64,000 bases of DNA. It comes from an uncultured Methylophaga sp. (GTDB lineage: Bacteria > Pseudomonadota > Gammaproteobacteria > GCF-002020875). Positions 42,631 to 53,156 of this stretch are shown one piece after another. The stretch's first letter is position 1, and the number at the start of each line of letters is the position of its first letter. Both the position numbers and the translations under genes were made by a program. Under the pieces are notes generated by a model. The model was not told the origin of the DNA. It made no database searches and was given only the letters and a program-made list of their open reading frames with translations. Location of the stretch: positions 18,701 through 82,700 of the forward strand of contig CALEHW010000046.1 of NCBI GenBank assembly GCA_937877715.1, read 5' to 3'.

Positions 42631-45600
42631 CAGCTTGCTACCAGAGTCTGGGCCTCTTCCATATCCACAGCCACCATACGTGATACTCCTGGTTCATGCA
42701 TGGTCACTCCTGAGAGCTGATCAGAAATCTCCATGGTAGCCTTGTTGTGGGTGATGAAGATGAACTGCACCCGCTCTGACATCTGCTTGACCATATTGCA
42801 GAAGCGCCCAACATTCGCCTCATCCAGTGGGGCATCAACCTCATCCAGCATACAGAACGGAGCCGGGTTCAGCTCAAATATGGAGAACACCAGAGCCACT
42901 GCCGTCAGCGCCTTCTCCCCACCAGAGAGCAGGTGAATGGTGCTGTTTCGCTTGCCTGGTGGTTGCGCCATAATGGTTACCCCTGTATCAAGCAGATCCT
43001 CTCCGGTCATCTCCAGGTGAGCCCGGCCACCGCCAAACAGCCGTGGGAAGTTCTCCTTGAGCCCATCGTTGATCTTCTCAAAGGTCTCCTTGAAACGACT
43101 ACGAGTCTCTCGATCAATTTTACCGATAGCGTCCTCAAGAATATTCAACGCCTCAACCAGATCATCGTGCTGTCGGTCAAGATACTCCTTGCGTTCGGTC
43201 TCGGTCTGATACTCATCAATCGCCGCAAGGTTGATCGGCCCCAAACGCTGGATCTTGCCGGCAATCTCCTCTACATCCTGCTGCCACTGCGCTGCAGTTG
43301 CCTCATCTGGCATCTCCTGCAGCAGAGGCTCGCGCTGGTAACCACTCTCCTGTAGCTGCTCATCCAGAGTCTGGCGACGGACACGTGTCTCCTGCCCCTT
43401 CAGCAACAGTTTTTCATGTGCTGACCGTAGATCCTGGACATCTTTTTCTGACTCCATTCTCTGGCCATCCAACTCACGCAACCGGTGCTCTATCTGTTCC
43501 AGTTGACGACGCGCATCGGCCAACTCATTCTCTACCACCAGCTGCCTGGCAAGATGCTCCTCAAGTTCACTCTTCAGCGTCTGCAGAGGAACCTTCATCT
43601 CCTCTCTAGCCTCCGTTAACTCAATTTTTCTCTGCTCACTTGAATCAAGCTGCTCCTCCATCCGGATCAGCCCGTTGCGTGTTGACTCCAGACGGGTTCT
43701 GGCTGACTCCACCTGCACCGTCAACCTGTGTAGCTGCTCCCTCTTCTCTCTCGCTCGATCCCTGGAACGATCCATGGTCTCGCGCAGCACACCCCGCTTC
43801 GACTCCATCTGCTGGCGCTGCAGCTCACTCTCCTCGGTTGCGGCCAAGGCAACTTCAAGACGTGACCTTGAATCACGTATTCCCTCATTTGCCTGCCGTA
43901 TCTCAGTCTCAATCCGTAGCAGTTCCTCTTCTATCTGTTCCCTGCGACTATTCACCTGCTCCTGACGGGCTAGCTTACCGCTCAATTCAGCCTTACGGGA
44001 AGCGAGCTCTGCTGCCTGCTGGTCAAGTGCGAGCTGCTGCTGCTCCTGCTCCTGCTCCTGCTCCTGCTGGCGTTGACGCCCATCTGCCAGAAGATGCTCA
44101 AGTGAAGCCTGCTCTGACTCAAGCTGTTGCTGCTGTTGATTGAGGGTATGGATGGTCTGCTCTCGCTGCAACAGCCCCTCCTCATTATCATCCTCACGCA
44201 CCACCTGTGACCACTCACTGCCAATCCAGATCCCATCCCTGGTAACCAGAGACATGTCCGCCTCAAGCTGTGAACGGAGCTGCATGGCCTGCTGCAGTGA
44301 ATCCACTCCATAGATACCCTTTAGCAGGGCCGCAGTTGGCGCCTCAGAATCCACCAGAGAGTGGAGTGGTGTTGCCCCATTCAACTTCCTAGAATCCAGC
44401 TCTGTATCACGCTCCAGATCAGACCGGGTAGCGATAAAACTGACCTCTCCTCTCTGTAACTGATCCGCACTCTGTAGCAGATTGTGATCACTCTCAACTG
44501 TCACAGCCTCCAAATAGCGCCCCAGAACAGTCTCCACTGCACGCTCCCAGCCATTTACAACATTAAGTCTCTCCGCCAGACGAGGGGCATCAGCCACCCC
44601 GCTCTGCTGTAACCAGGACCGCACTCCACTCTTCTCTCGCCCCAGGGCATCCTGCTGTAGTGCCTCCAGCGAGGTCAACCGTCCTCGAAGACGTTGTAGC
44701 TCTCCGCGTTCTTCATTGAGCTGTCCGGAAATTCTGCGGTTCTCTTCGCGCTGCGCCATTATTGACTGATGCCGCCTACTATTTAGCTCACGTGCCTGCC
44801 GCAAATCTGCCTCTTCACGTTCCAGAATGCTGCTCACCAGCTCCATCTCACTACTCTCGATTACCGGCAGTTGCTGCTGCTCATCAAACAATCTCTGCTG
44901 TTGTCTGTCGCTATTGAACTGCTGGCGCTCCAGCTGCTCAATGCGCGAGCGAGCAATCTCAGCATCCCTTTTGGGGTCATCAGCCAGGCGATTGAAGTGC
45001 TCCAATTTACCCTGCCACTCGTGCCACTCTTGTTCTGCCTGCTCCCAAACCGCAGAGAGGACGCTATCCTCTCTCTGCAGCTCCTTCAGATCCGGTTCAT
45101 CCCGCAACAGGGACTCCTCCAGCTCCAGAATACGCTGCTGGTCTGCCTTCATGACCGCATTGGCCTCATGCCATACACTCTCCGCCTTGCCGAGATCACC
45201 ATCAAGCTGGTCCCGACGCTCCCTCATCCCCTTGAGATTCTGTTCCGCCCTGGCGATCTCTGCCCCAATCGCATAGAAACGCCCCTGCACCTCATTGAAT
45301 GAGTCATTGGCCTCAGTATGGTGCTGACGCTCTTTTTCAATCTCACTCTCCACGGCACGCTGCTGTGCCAGACGCTCCTCTACCGCAAGCTCTGCCTGAG
45401 TGATCTGCCTCTCCTGTTGCACAGCCTTCTGATCATACTCCCGCCAGCGCAGGGCAAGCAGCTGAGCCTGCATCAACCGCTCCTCCTGTTTGAGGTTACG
45501 GTAGCGCTCTGCAACACGAGATTGTCGTTCCAGTCGACGCAGCTGTTTTGCTATCTCCTCGCGCAGATCATTAATACGGTCAAGATTCTCACTGGTATGA

Positions 45601-46154
45601 CGCATCCGCGTCTCCGTCTCCCGGCGACGCTCCTTGTATTTGGAGATGCCTGCTGCCTCCTCAATCAGCACCCGCAGATCATCCGGTTTGGCCTCTACAA
45701 AACGGGAGATCATCCCCTGCTCGATGATAGCGTAGCTGCGCGGCCCAAGCCCTGTCCCCAGAAAGAGATCCATAATATCGCGGCGACGACATTTGGTGCC
45801 ATTCAGGTAGTAGGTGGATTTGCCATCTCTCGACGCCTTGCGCTTGACGGAAATCTCACTAAAACCTGCATATTGCCCCTGGAGAGTTCCTGCCGAATTA
45901 TCGAAGATCAACTCCACCGAGGCGTGGCCAACCGGCTTGCGGGCACTGGAGCCATTGAAAATGACATCGGCCATGGAGTCGCCACGCAACTGCTTGGCCG
46001 AGCTCTCGCCCATAACCCAACGAACGGCATCAATGATATTGGATTTACCACATCCATTAGGGCCAATAACCCCTACCAGATTACTGGGGAATGGGACGGA
46101 TGTTGGATCTACAAAAGATTTGAATCCGGCAAGCTTCAGGGTTTTTAGTCGCAT
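42630..46154 (-). CDS. smc: Chromosome segregation protein SMC
   Basis: MRLKTLKLAGFKSFVDPT...GPNGCGKSN (Walker A), LSGGEKALTAVALVF (signature motif), FCMLDEVDAPLD (Walker B), and long coiled coils. Start trimmed from the track GTG at 46187 to the conserved ATG at 46154. Confidence 0.95.
44040..44063. repeat. Hexanucleotide tandem repeat (CTGCTC)x4, flanked by CTGCTG units, inside smc
   Basis: Read directly from the sequence. It encodes the EQEQEQEQ stretch of the SMC coiled-coil region. Confidence 0.9.
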
Positions 46155-46335
46155 TTCCTCACTATATCCGACAGATAGATGCGGCACTCAGAATCGGGCT
46201 ACAGACGATAGCTAAAATGCCTTTGGATTGTGGCGTATAATAACACCCAGCAAAATAATTAACCATCAATGAAAACGGCTTAGGATTATTATATATCCTA
46301 CTGATTCATATAGTATGCAAGCAAGGAAGATAGAG

Positions 46336-46740
46336 ATGCCCAGCACCCCGAGTAAAGAATTAGAGAGCTTTGAGAACCCAACCCCGGAACGTGACTACAC
46401 CATCCGTATACATACCCCGGAATTCACCTGCCTCTGCCCAAAAACTGGACAGCCCGACTTCGCAACCCTAGAGCTAGAATACGTTCCTGACCAAGTATGT
46501 GTCGAGCTGAAATCGTTCAAGATATATGTCTGGTCATACCGTGACCAAGGGGCTTTCCATGAGGCGGTTACCAATCAGATTCTCTCCGACCTAGTTGCTG
46601 CAACCAGCCCTCGATTCATGCGCCTGACTGCCATCTTCAATGTGCGTGGCGGGGTCTACACCACTGTTGTTGCAGAGCACAAGTCGCCTGACTGGAGCCC
46701 AGCACCAGTTGTCCAGCTTCCCGGGGCTGCACGATGCTGA
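46336..46740 (+). CDS. queF: NADPH-dependent 7-cyano-7-deazaguanine (preQ0) reductase, unimodular type
   Basis: [48 protein letters not shown] is the QueF signature. Start placed at the second ATG (46336), which follows AAGGAAG. Confidence 0.9.
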   Translation: MPSTPSKELESFENPTPERDYTIRIHTPEFTCLCPKTGQPDFATLELEYVPDQVCVELKSFKIYVWSYRDQGAFHEAVTNQILSDLVAATSPRFMRLTAIFNVRGGVYTTVVAEHKSPDWSPAPVVQLPGAARC

Positions 46741-46752
46741 TGATGTTGCGGC

Positions 46753-48051
46753 ATGGCTATCCATATTGGAGTTGACCTCGGCACCTCTGGCTGCCGAGCT
46801 GTCGCAATCGGTGCCGATGGGTCTCTTCTCGGCAGACAACATGAACCACTGCCCGCACCAGAAAAGCACAGTGGAAGGTCGGAGCAGAATCCGGAACATT
46901 GGTGGCAGGCGCTCCAATCTGTTTTACAGAGATTGATCCCTACCCTCCCCACCGGAGGGATTGAGACAATCACGGTAGACGGGACCTCCTCCACCCTGCT
47001 ATTGACAGATCGGCACGGTACCCCTTTAACGCCAGCACTGATGTATGATGACCGTCGTGCCACAATAGAGGCGGAGGTGATATCCAGGATTGCGCCCAGA
47101 GAGAGTGGCGCACACGGGCCATCCTCATCACTGGCAAAACTTCTATGGCTACTGAAACACTCAGTAATTGACAGAGACTCGGGGCTCCTCGCACTCCATC
47201 AGGCTGACTGGGTGAGCAACCGACTCTGTGGAAAATTTGGGCATAGCGACGAAAACAACTCTCTAAAACTGGGCTATGATCCCATACGGCAGTGTTGGCC
47301 CGAGTGGATCAAGAGCCTGGGCCTTCCCCCATCAATCCTGCCAACTGTGGCACCCCCAGGAATCCCATATGCCACCCTTAGAACCGAACTGGCCAGCCGC
47401 TGGGGGGTACCAACAAATCAACGGATTATGATCTGTAGTGGTACAACGGACAGTGTTGCTGCCACAGTTGCAGCCGGCATCCACAGAGAGGGGGATGCTG
47501 TGACCTCACTTGGCACCACCCTGGTGCTCAAACTTCTCTCCTCATCACCCCTGTTTTCACCTGAGGATGGCATCTACAGCCACCGCCTTGGAGATCAGTG
47601 GCTGATTAGTGGCGCCTCCAACACCGGCGCAGGAGTTCTGCTTGACTATTTCTCGCCCCAGGAGATTGAACAGCTAAGCAGCGAGATTGACCCCAACCAC
47701 CTCACCGGACTGAACTACTACCTGCTCCCCTCCAGAGGAGAGCGTTTTCCTGTAGCTGACCCCGACCTCCAGCCCCGTCTCACCCCAAGACCCAGCGATG
47801 ATCGTCTCTTCCTGCAGGGAATTCTGGAGGGGCTGGCCAAGATAGAGGAGCAGGGATATCGCAAGATGAGATCACTGGGTGGACCGGCCCTGCATCAGAT
47901 CATCACATCTGGAGGTGGGGCAGGCAACCTCAAATGGCAGAAAATTCGTGCGAACCAATTCCATCGACAACAGCCCGATCTTCCGATATCCATAGCCAGA
48001 CAGACGGATGCAGCATATGGTGCGGCCCTACTTCCAACTCTGGAGCTATAA
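46753..48051 (+). CDS. FGGY-family carbohydrate kinase
   Basis: IGVDLGTSGCRAVAI (N-terminal ATPase motif) and TSGGGAGN near the C-terminus. Substrate not assignable. Confidence 0.8.
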   Translation: MAIHIGVDLGTSGCRAVAIGADGSLLGRQHEPLPAPEKHSGRSEQNPEHWWQALQSVLQRLIPTLPTGGIETITVDGTSSTLLLTDRHGTPLTPALMYDDRRATIEAEVISRIAPRESGAHGPSSSLAKLLWLLKHSVIDRDSGLLALHQADWVSNRLCGKFGHSDENNSLKLGYDPIRQCWPEWIKSLGLPPSILPTVAPPGIPYATLRTELASRWGVPTNQRIMICSGTTDSVAATVAAGIHREGDAVTSLGTTLVLKLLSSSPLFSPEDGIYSHRLGDQWLISGASNTGAGVLLDYFSPQEIEQLSSEIDPNHLTGLNYYLLPSRGERFPVADPDLQPRLTPRPSDDRLFLQGILEGLAKIEEQGYRKMRSLGGPALHQIITSGGGAGNLKWQKIRANQFHRQQPDLPISIARQTDAAYGAALLPTLEL

Positions 48052-48202
48052 CTTCGTTGATCGAGGTTATAAGCCCATCTTATTTTACAACTTTATTTAA
48101 TGCCTATATACTCTCCACACTATTTTATGGAAAGAGACTCTTATCTCAGCAATCGAACGGGAGACTCAAATCACAAAACCAACAAGTTATAGGGAAAACA
48201 TC

Positions 48203-48538
48203 ATGAAAACAGTTATTGCATCAATCCTTCTTGCAGCCGTTTCAACAAGTGCCTCTGCCTTCTTTAACAGCGACAACAATCAGAATGGTTATGGAAATGG
48301 ATCTGTTGATAGCGCATTTGGCGGAAATGGCCGTGGTGCCGGCAAGGGGCGCGGTGATGCAGAGGGCAACTTCAGCATGAGCATCAACGCAGCCGGCAAG
48401 GGCTCATCTGAGGTCAACTCAGATATGGATATTGCCGAGAACAGCCGCTTTAAGAGCCTCTCTGATCTGAGAAGTGAGAGCCGCAGCGCGGCTCCGTACT
48501 ATGGTATTGCCCCACACTACGCCTCAATTGTAAAATAG
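48203..48538 (+). CDS. Secreted Gly/Asn/Ser-rich low-complexity protein of unknown function (111 aa)
   Basis: Sec signal peptide MKTVIASILLAAVSTSASA|FF. SD-like AGGGAAAA upstream. Followed by a 13-bp hairpin. Confidence 0.6.
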   Translation: MKTVIASILLAAVSTSASAFFNSDNNQNGYGNGSVDSAFGGNGRGAGKGRGDAEGNFSMSINAAGKGSSEVNSDMDIAENSRFKSLSDLRSESRSAAPYYGIAPHYASIVK

Positions 48539-48560
48539 GCAGCCAATAAGCACTCTCACC

Positions 48561-48866
48561 TCAGAGAGCCGGTGGATCAGATTGGTTCACCGGCTCTCTG
48601 CCTTTCAATATCCAGACCATTACACGCAACAGAATAAAGATTGCCGTGTAGTATATTGCCGGCAGAATCAGAAACAGGGGGACACCCAACAGGATGGTCT
48701 GTAGCGCAGGATCACCAGATATCAACACCTGCAGAAACCCTTTCTCAATCAGCACCCACCAGAACCAGTAAAGCACCCCAACAGCCCCGATCACCTGCCC
48801 CACACTCTGCACTAGAGGAGGTAACTGCAAGGCACGAAATTGCTGCAACGTCACCTCCCTTGTCAT
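48561..48866 (-). CDS. Hypothetical small membrane protein (101 aa, ~3 hydrophobic spans)
   Basis: Its ATG shares one nucleotide with the TAA of the upstream aminotransferase (TAATG). Hydrophobic segments VIGAVGVLYWFWWVL and ILLGVPLFLILPAIYYTAIFILL. No family recognised. Confidence 0.5.
   Translation of the reverse strand: MTREVTLQQFRALQLPPLVQSVGQVIGAVGVLYWFWWVLIEKGFLQVLISGDPALQTILLGVPLFLILPAIYYTAIFILLRVMVWILKGREPVNQSDPPAL
48562..48600 (+). terminator. Perfect 13-bp stem-loop downstream of the secreted-protein gene
   Basis: cagagagccggtg (48562-48574) / caccggctctctg (48588-48600), followed by only a weak CCTTTC tract. It overlaps the last codons of the minus-strand ORF 48561-48866. Confidence 0.4.
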
Positions 48867-50047
48867 TATGCCGCCGCCCCCGACTGCTCGGTGAGATAGG
48901 CCCGAATCCTCTCAATCCCGCGCCGCAGCTGCTCTGTTGAGGTTGTATAAGCGAAACGAACCCAGCGATGGGGCTCCTGAATGGCAAAATCCTTTCCCGG
49001 GGTGATCGCCACCCCTGCATACTCCAGCAGATTCATCGCAAAACGGCTGCTATCATCGGTTAATCCACTACAGTCTGCATAGAGATAGAAGGCGCCCTCC
49101 GGCACCCTCTCAATTATGAATCCCAGCTCCAGCAGTGCCAAGTAGAGCATATCCCGCCGTCGCCTGAAGCGCTCACGACGCTGCTGCAGGATCTCCTCTG
49201 TTGCCGCATCGAATGCGGCAAGTGCCGCGTACTGAGCCGGTGTTGAGGGGGCCAGAAAGAGATTCTGCGCCAGCCGATCTACCCCACCAACTGCCTCTTC
49301 CGCGACTACCATCCACCCCAACCGCCAGCCAGTCATTCCATAGTATTTGGAGAAGCTGTTAACCACAAAAGGGGGGCCGGGAAGATTCACAGCCGTGACC
49401 GTGTCATCCCCATAAATGAGGCCCTGGTAGATCTCATCCACTATCAACGTGCCGCCATGCTGCTCCACAAAGGCAGCAATTCGTTCCAGCTCCCCCCTCT
49501 CAATAACCGTTCCAGTGGGGTTGGATGGCGAGGAGATCATCACCACACGACTGTTGGCATTCCAGTACTGCGCAACCAGATCAGCTGTCAGCTGAAAACC
49601 GCTGTCGGCTCCCACAGGAATATGGAGTGTCTTGCCCTCAAACAGCCGGACAAAATGACGATTACATGGATATCCCGGATCTGCCATCAATACCTCATCC
49701 CCTGGATCAACCAGTAACGCTACCAGAAGTTGCAGCGCACCCGATGAGCCTGGGGTGATCACAACCCGCTCGGCAGAGATCCATTCACCGTAACGCTCCA
49801 GATAGTGATCCGCAACCCTGCTGCGTAACTCAGGCAGCCCCAGAGCAGGAGTATAGTGGTGGCGCCCCTCCCTCAACGCCTTCACCCCCGCCTCTACAAT
49901 GGGTTGTGGGGTATCGAAATCCGGCTCCCCAATCTCCATATGGACAATGGAGCGTCCCTCACTCTCCAGTTGACGGGCACGTGCAAGGATTTCCATTACA
50001 TAGAACGGCTCAATCGCAGCCGCTCGCCTAGATTCATGAAAGCTCAC
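48866..50047 (-). CDS. Class I/II pyridoxal-phosphate-dependent aminotransferase (aspartate/aromatic type)
   Basis: GEPDFDTP, SPSNPTG and SFSKYYGMTGWRLGW (PLP-lysine). Start set at the GTG at 50047 (GTGA overlap with the upstream stop); the ATG at 50065 is an alternative. Confidence 0.85.
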   Translation of the reverse strand: MSFHESRRAAAIEPFYVMEILARARQLESEGRSIVHMEIGEPDFDTPQPIVEAGVKALREGRHHYTPALGLPELRSRVADHYLERYGEWISAERVVITPGSSGALQLLVALLVDPGDEVLMADPGYPCNRHFVRLFEGKTLHIPVGADSGFQLTADLVAQYWNANSRVVMISSPSNPTGTVIERGELERIAAFVEQHGGTLIVDEIYQGLIYGDDTVTAVNLPGPPFVVNSFSKYYGMTGWRLGWMVVAEEAVGGVDRLAQNLFLAPSTPAQYAALAAFDAATEEILQQRRERFRRRRDMLYLALLELGFIIERVPEGAFYLYADCSGLTDDSSRFAMNLLEYAGVAITPGKDFAIQEPHRWVRFAYTTSTEQLRRGIERIRAYLTEQSGAAA

Positions 50048-50817
50048 GCCGCAGTACCGCCCCATACAGCCCTAACCCACTCGAGATCCAGCAGAGGTCT
50101 CTTCTGCCCAACCCCGCCCAGTAGTCGGCAGGGATCATCTAGCTCACCCATCTGATCGAGTACCAACGCAGCACCGCTAAAATCCTCATTCTCGGTGTAA
50201 CCATTGACAGTTACAATGGTTTTCAATCCAGCGCCCCGGGCAGAGAGCAGTCCATTATGGGAGTCCTCAAAGGCGATGCACTCCTCACTGGAGAGCCCCA
50301 GCTGCTCTATCACATAATCATAGATATCAGATGCCGGCTTTTTGTTGGGGACAATATCCCCCGCCCCAACCACTTGAAACCACGACTCGGCGCCAGAAAA
50401 CATTGCATGCTCAAGCAGTGCGGTAACATTCTGTGGGGTGGTGGTGGTTGCAACCGCAAGGGTGATACCCGCATTGTGCGCCTCGGTCAGCAGGCGTCGT
50501 ACGCCGCTACGTAGCGGAATCCTGCCCTGCTCCAGAAGGGAGAGAAAGTGCCGGGTCTTAGAGGCGTGAAGATCTGCAATCCACTTATCAAGCACCTCTG
50601 CATCCTGGTCCATATCGACGCCACCACCCCCCTCGCCCTCGATATAGAATCTAATACGCTCCTTGCCACCAGTCACCTCCAACAGCCTTCCATAGCTCTC
50701 CTCATCCCACACCCAGTCAAGGCCAGCCTCGGCAAATGCCATATTGAAGGCAACCCTGTGGCCATCCCGCTCAGTATCTGCCAGAGTGCCGTCCACATCA
50801 AAAATCATCGCTTTCAT
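50044..50817 (-). CDS. cbbY: HAD-superfamily hydrolase, CbbY-like
   Basis: [38 protein letters not shown] is typical of CbbY proteins. [15 protein letters not shown] also fits. The track TTG start at 50850 was trimmed. Confidence 0.8.
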   Translation of the reverse strand: MKAMIFDVDGTLADTERDGHRVAFNMAFAEAGLDWVWDEESYGRLLEVTGGKERIRFYIEGEGGGGVDMDQDAEVLDKWIADLHASKTRHFLSLLEQGRIPLRSGVRRLLTEAHNAGITLAVATTTTPQNVTALLEHAMFSGAESWFQVVGAGDIVPNKKPASDIYDYVIEQLGLSSEECIAFEDSHNGLLSARGAGLKTIVTVNGYTENEDFSGAALVLDQMGELDDPCRLLGGVGQKRPLLDLEWVRAVWGGTAA

Positions 50818-50996
50818 TGTTGTACAATTCTCCTCCATTTTTGGAGTCAAGAGATTCGGTCATATCCCGATTCAGTGTTATGATATGTGGCCATTATCTC
50901 ATGGAGAGAGGCGGAGAAAACCATTTCTGGTTGCCAGATCGGAAACAATCTGGTATCAATGCGCTCTTTTATTACACCGTCAGGAGTATCGACAGC

Positions 50997-51428
50997 ATGG
51001 CCACTGCAAAGAAGCAGTCATCATTGATTGGGGGCATTAAGCCTTACAAGCCCAAGAAGGGCGAAGAGTACATGAATGAAAAACAGAAGAAGCACTTTGA
51101 GGAGATTCTTCTGGCCTGGAAGCATCAGCTTATGGAAGAGGTTGATCGCACAGTGCACCACATGCAGGATGATACCGCTAATCTACCCGACCCCAGTGAC
51201 AGAGCCACCCTGGAGGAGGAGTTTTCACTGGAGCTTAGAACCCGTGATCGCGAGCGTAAGCTGATCAAGAAAATCGACAAAACCCTGCACGAACTTGATG
51301 GCGATGAGTATGGTTACTGTGAATCCTGCGGCATAGAGATCGGGATACGCCGACTTGAGGCACGCCCAACAGCTACTCTCTGCATCGACTGCAAAGAGCT
51401 CGAGGAGATCAAGGAGAAGTCAAGCTGA
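50997..51428 (+). CDS. dksA: RNA polymerase-binding transcription factor DksA
   Basis: Coiled coil with the DxxDxA tip region ([12 protein letters not shown]) and the zinc finger [30 protein letters not shown] lies 9 nt upstream. The track ORF start at 50817 is over-extended. Confidence 0.93.
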   Translation: MATAKKQSSLIGGIKPYKPKKGEEYMNEKQKKHFEEILLAWKHQLMEEVDRTVHHMQDDTANLPDPSDRATLEEEFSLELRTRDRERKLIKKIDKTLHELDGDEYGYCESCGIEIGIRRLEARPTATLCIDCKELEEIKEKSS

Positions 51429-51443
51429 GGGGAGAGCCACCCA

Positions 51444-51752
51444 CTACTCCTGCTCCGAGCACTCCTCACGAATCTTCAGGTTGTTTGCTGTGGCAAACTC
51501 GTGAACAAAAGCATAGGCATCCGGATCCCTTTTACTTAATCGATACTCGATTACCAAGCATTTCTCGCCATTGATGATGCGTGGACGTGCGCAGTCACGA
51601 TAGCCGAGACTCTTGCCCCTGCCATACTGTGCAATCTGTGAAGAGATGCGCTCAATCCAGTCGCTGGGACGAAATTTCTCTCCATCCTTTTTCTGACTCT
51701 CAATTACCGTACGACAATTTCCTCCCTCTTCTTCTTTTTTTTGCATAATCAT
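51444..51752 (-). CDS. DUF3579-like protein (102 aa)
   Basis: GEKFRPSDWIERIS...CLVIEYRL...FVHEFATANNLKI resembles the remembered DUF3579 consensus (FRPSDWAERLC...). Convergent with dksA. Confidence 0.6.
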   Translation of the reverse strand: MIMQKKEEEGGNCRTVIESQKKDGEKFRPSDWIERISSQIAQYGRGKSLGYRDCARPRIINGEKCLVIEYRLSKRDPDAYAFVHEFATANNLKIREECSEQE

Positions 51753-51819
51753 AATATAAACACTCTATAAAATTTTATTAACTAGATATTCAATAATATT
51801 ATCAATAAATCAATAAATC

Positions 51820-52719
51820 TTGCAACCAAAAAACAGCTCCGCCACCCACTATCGAGGGCGTTTTGCCCCCTCACCAACCGGTGATCTCCACCTTGGATCA
51901 CTTGTTGCGGCCGTTGGGGGCTATCTTGAGGCAAAAACAAACCATGGGGAGTGGTTGGTACGGATCGATGATCTGGATCTGCCACGAACTATCTCGGGTG
52001 CTGCAGACTCAATTCTCAAAACCCTGGAAAGGCATCAACTGTTTTGGGATCAGTCCGTGTTGTTCCAGAGCAATCGTAACGACTACTACAGAGCAGCCCT
52101 TGAGAATCTTCGAGAGACTGGACACCTCTTCTACTGCCAATGCTCACGTAACATATTGAGAGGAGAGCAAATCTATCCGGGACATTGCCGCAACAGGAAA
52201 CTGTCACCGGATGGGCACGCCGCCCGTATCACAGTTGGCAACGAGAGCCTCTCCATGGGTGATCTATGGCAAGGAGATCAATCATGGCATCTGCAGAGTG
52301 AGGTTGGCGACTTCATTGTTCGCCGTAGTGACGGGCTATATGCCTACCAGTTGGCTGTGGTGGTAGATGACTTCATGCAGGGTATTACCCACATAATTCG
52401 TGGCAGTGATTTACTGCAGTCAACCCCAAAACAACTCTACCTGCAGAGCCAGTTAAACTATCCCACCCCAAGATATGGCCATCTGCCCATCGTACTGGGC
52501 AGAGATGGAGAAAAATTGAGCAAACAGAACCTAGCACAGCCACTATCACCAGAGACCCCCCTCTCCAACATATTCATGGCACTCGAATTTCTGGGACAGA
52601 ATCCACCCCCAGAACTACTATCCGATAACCTCGATAATATGTGGAAATGGGCCACTAAACAGTGGAATACCGACTTGGTACCACGGCAAAATCGCATTCA
52701 GGTAAAATCCACACAATGA
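51820..52719 (+). CDS. gluQ: tRNA glutamyl-Q(34) synthetase
   Basis: YRGRFAPSPTGDLHLGSL (HIGH-like) and the KLSKQ motif, 299 aa. The apparent start is TTG, since no in-frame ATG lies upstream of the conserved N-terminus. Confidence 0.88.
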   Translation: MQPKNSSATHYRGRFAPSPTGDLHLGSLVAAVGGYLEAKTNHGEWLVRIDDLDLPRTISGAADSILKTLERHQLFWDQSVLFQSNRNDYYRAALENLRETGHLFYCQCSRNILRGEQIYPGHCRNRKLSPDGHAARITVGNESLSMGDLWQGDQSWHLQSEVGDFIVRRSDGLYAYQLAVVVDDFMQGITHIIRGSDLLQSTPKQLYLQSQLNYPTPRYGHLPIVLGRDGEKLSKQNLAQPLSPETPLSNIFMALEFLGQNPPPELLSDNLDNMWKWATKQWNTDLVPRQNRIQVKSTQ

Positions 52720-53156
52720 ATAACAGCCAACAATCCAGCTACCATGAGACTCTCAATGGATCCTTCTCCAGCCTTCTTCAGTGGGATGACCTTGCCAACT
52801 TCTGGGACCATCTGCGAGATGGTGAGCAGGCCGGATGGTATATCTACGCTATAGGCGAGAAACCGCCGACAGCTATTGTATCAGCAGATGAGTTTCTGCA
52901 ATTTATTAACCATATAGATGCCCTGATTCGCAAAGAACACGATGAACGGGTCTGTGGAATAGTCTATACCAACCATCCAAAGACCCCATCCATGGTGAAG
53001 ATATATGACCCAAACAACTTGGGGCTCTCCTGTGGATCGAGTGAGATCCCTCCGCTACCTGGGTGGATTCTCTCAAGAACAGAGCCAGAGGATCTCCGCC
53101 CCGCCCAGGTCCTGCCGGGCAACCGCAGACGGTGGTGGAAAACGCTCTTTTCATGA
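52716..53156 (+). CDS. Hypothetical protein (146 aa), translationally coupled to both gluQ and smrB
   Basis: ATGA overlaps at both ends (52716-52719 and 53153-53156). No family recognised. Confidence 0.6.
   Translation: MNNSQQSSYHETLNGSFSSLLQWDDLANFWDHLRDGEQAGWYIYAIGEKPPTAIVSADEFLQFINHIDALIRKEHDERVCGIVYTNHPKTPSMVKIYDPNNLGLSCGSSEIPPLPGWILSRTEPEDLRPAQVLPGNRRRWWKTLFS

Noticed and set aside
46155-46335. A possible preQ1 riboswitch upstream of queF.
   Set aside because: I saw no small hairpin followed by an A-rich tail of the preQ1-I type. The only feature is a 6-bp AT-rich hairpin (taggat...atccta).
50817-50996. The N-terminal 60-aa extension of the dksA ORF, and similar extensions in the track for smc (46187), yciB (37970), hsdM (17579), hsdR (13824), fic (14732), ispF (55281), ftsB (56338), cbbY (50850) and smrB (53063).
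   Set aside because: The track takes the most upstream ATG, GTG or TTG. Conserved family N-termini, SD placement or ATGA/GTGA coupling support the shorter starts used in the feature table.
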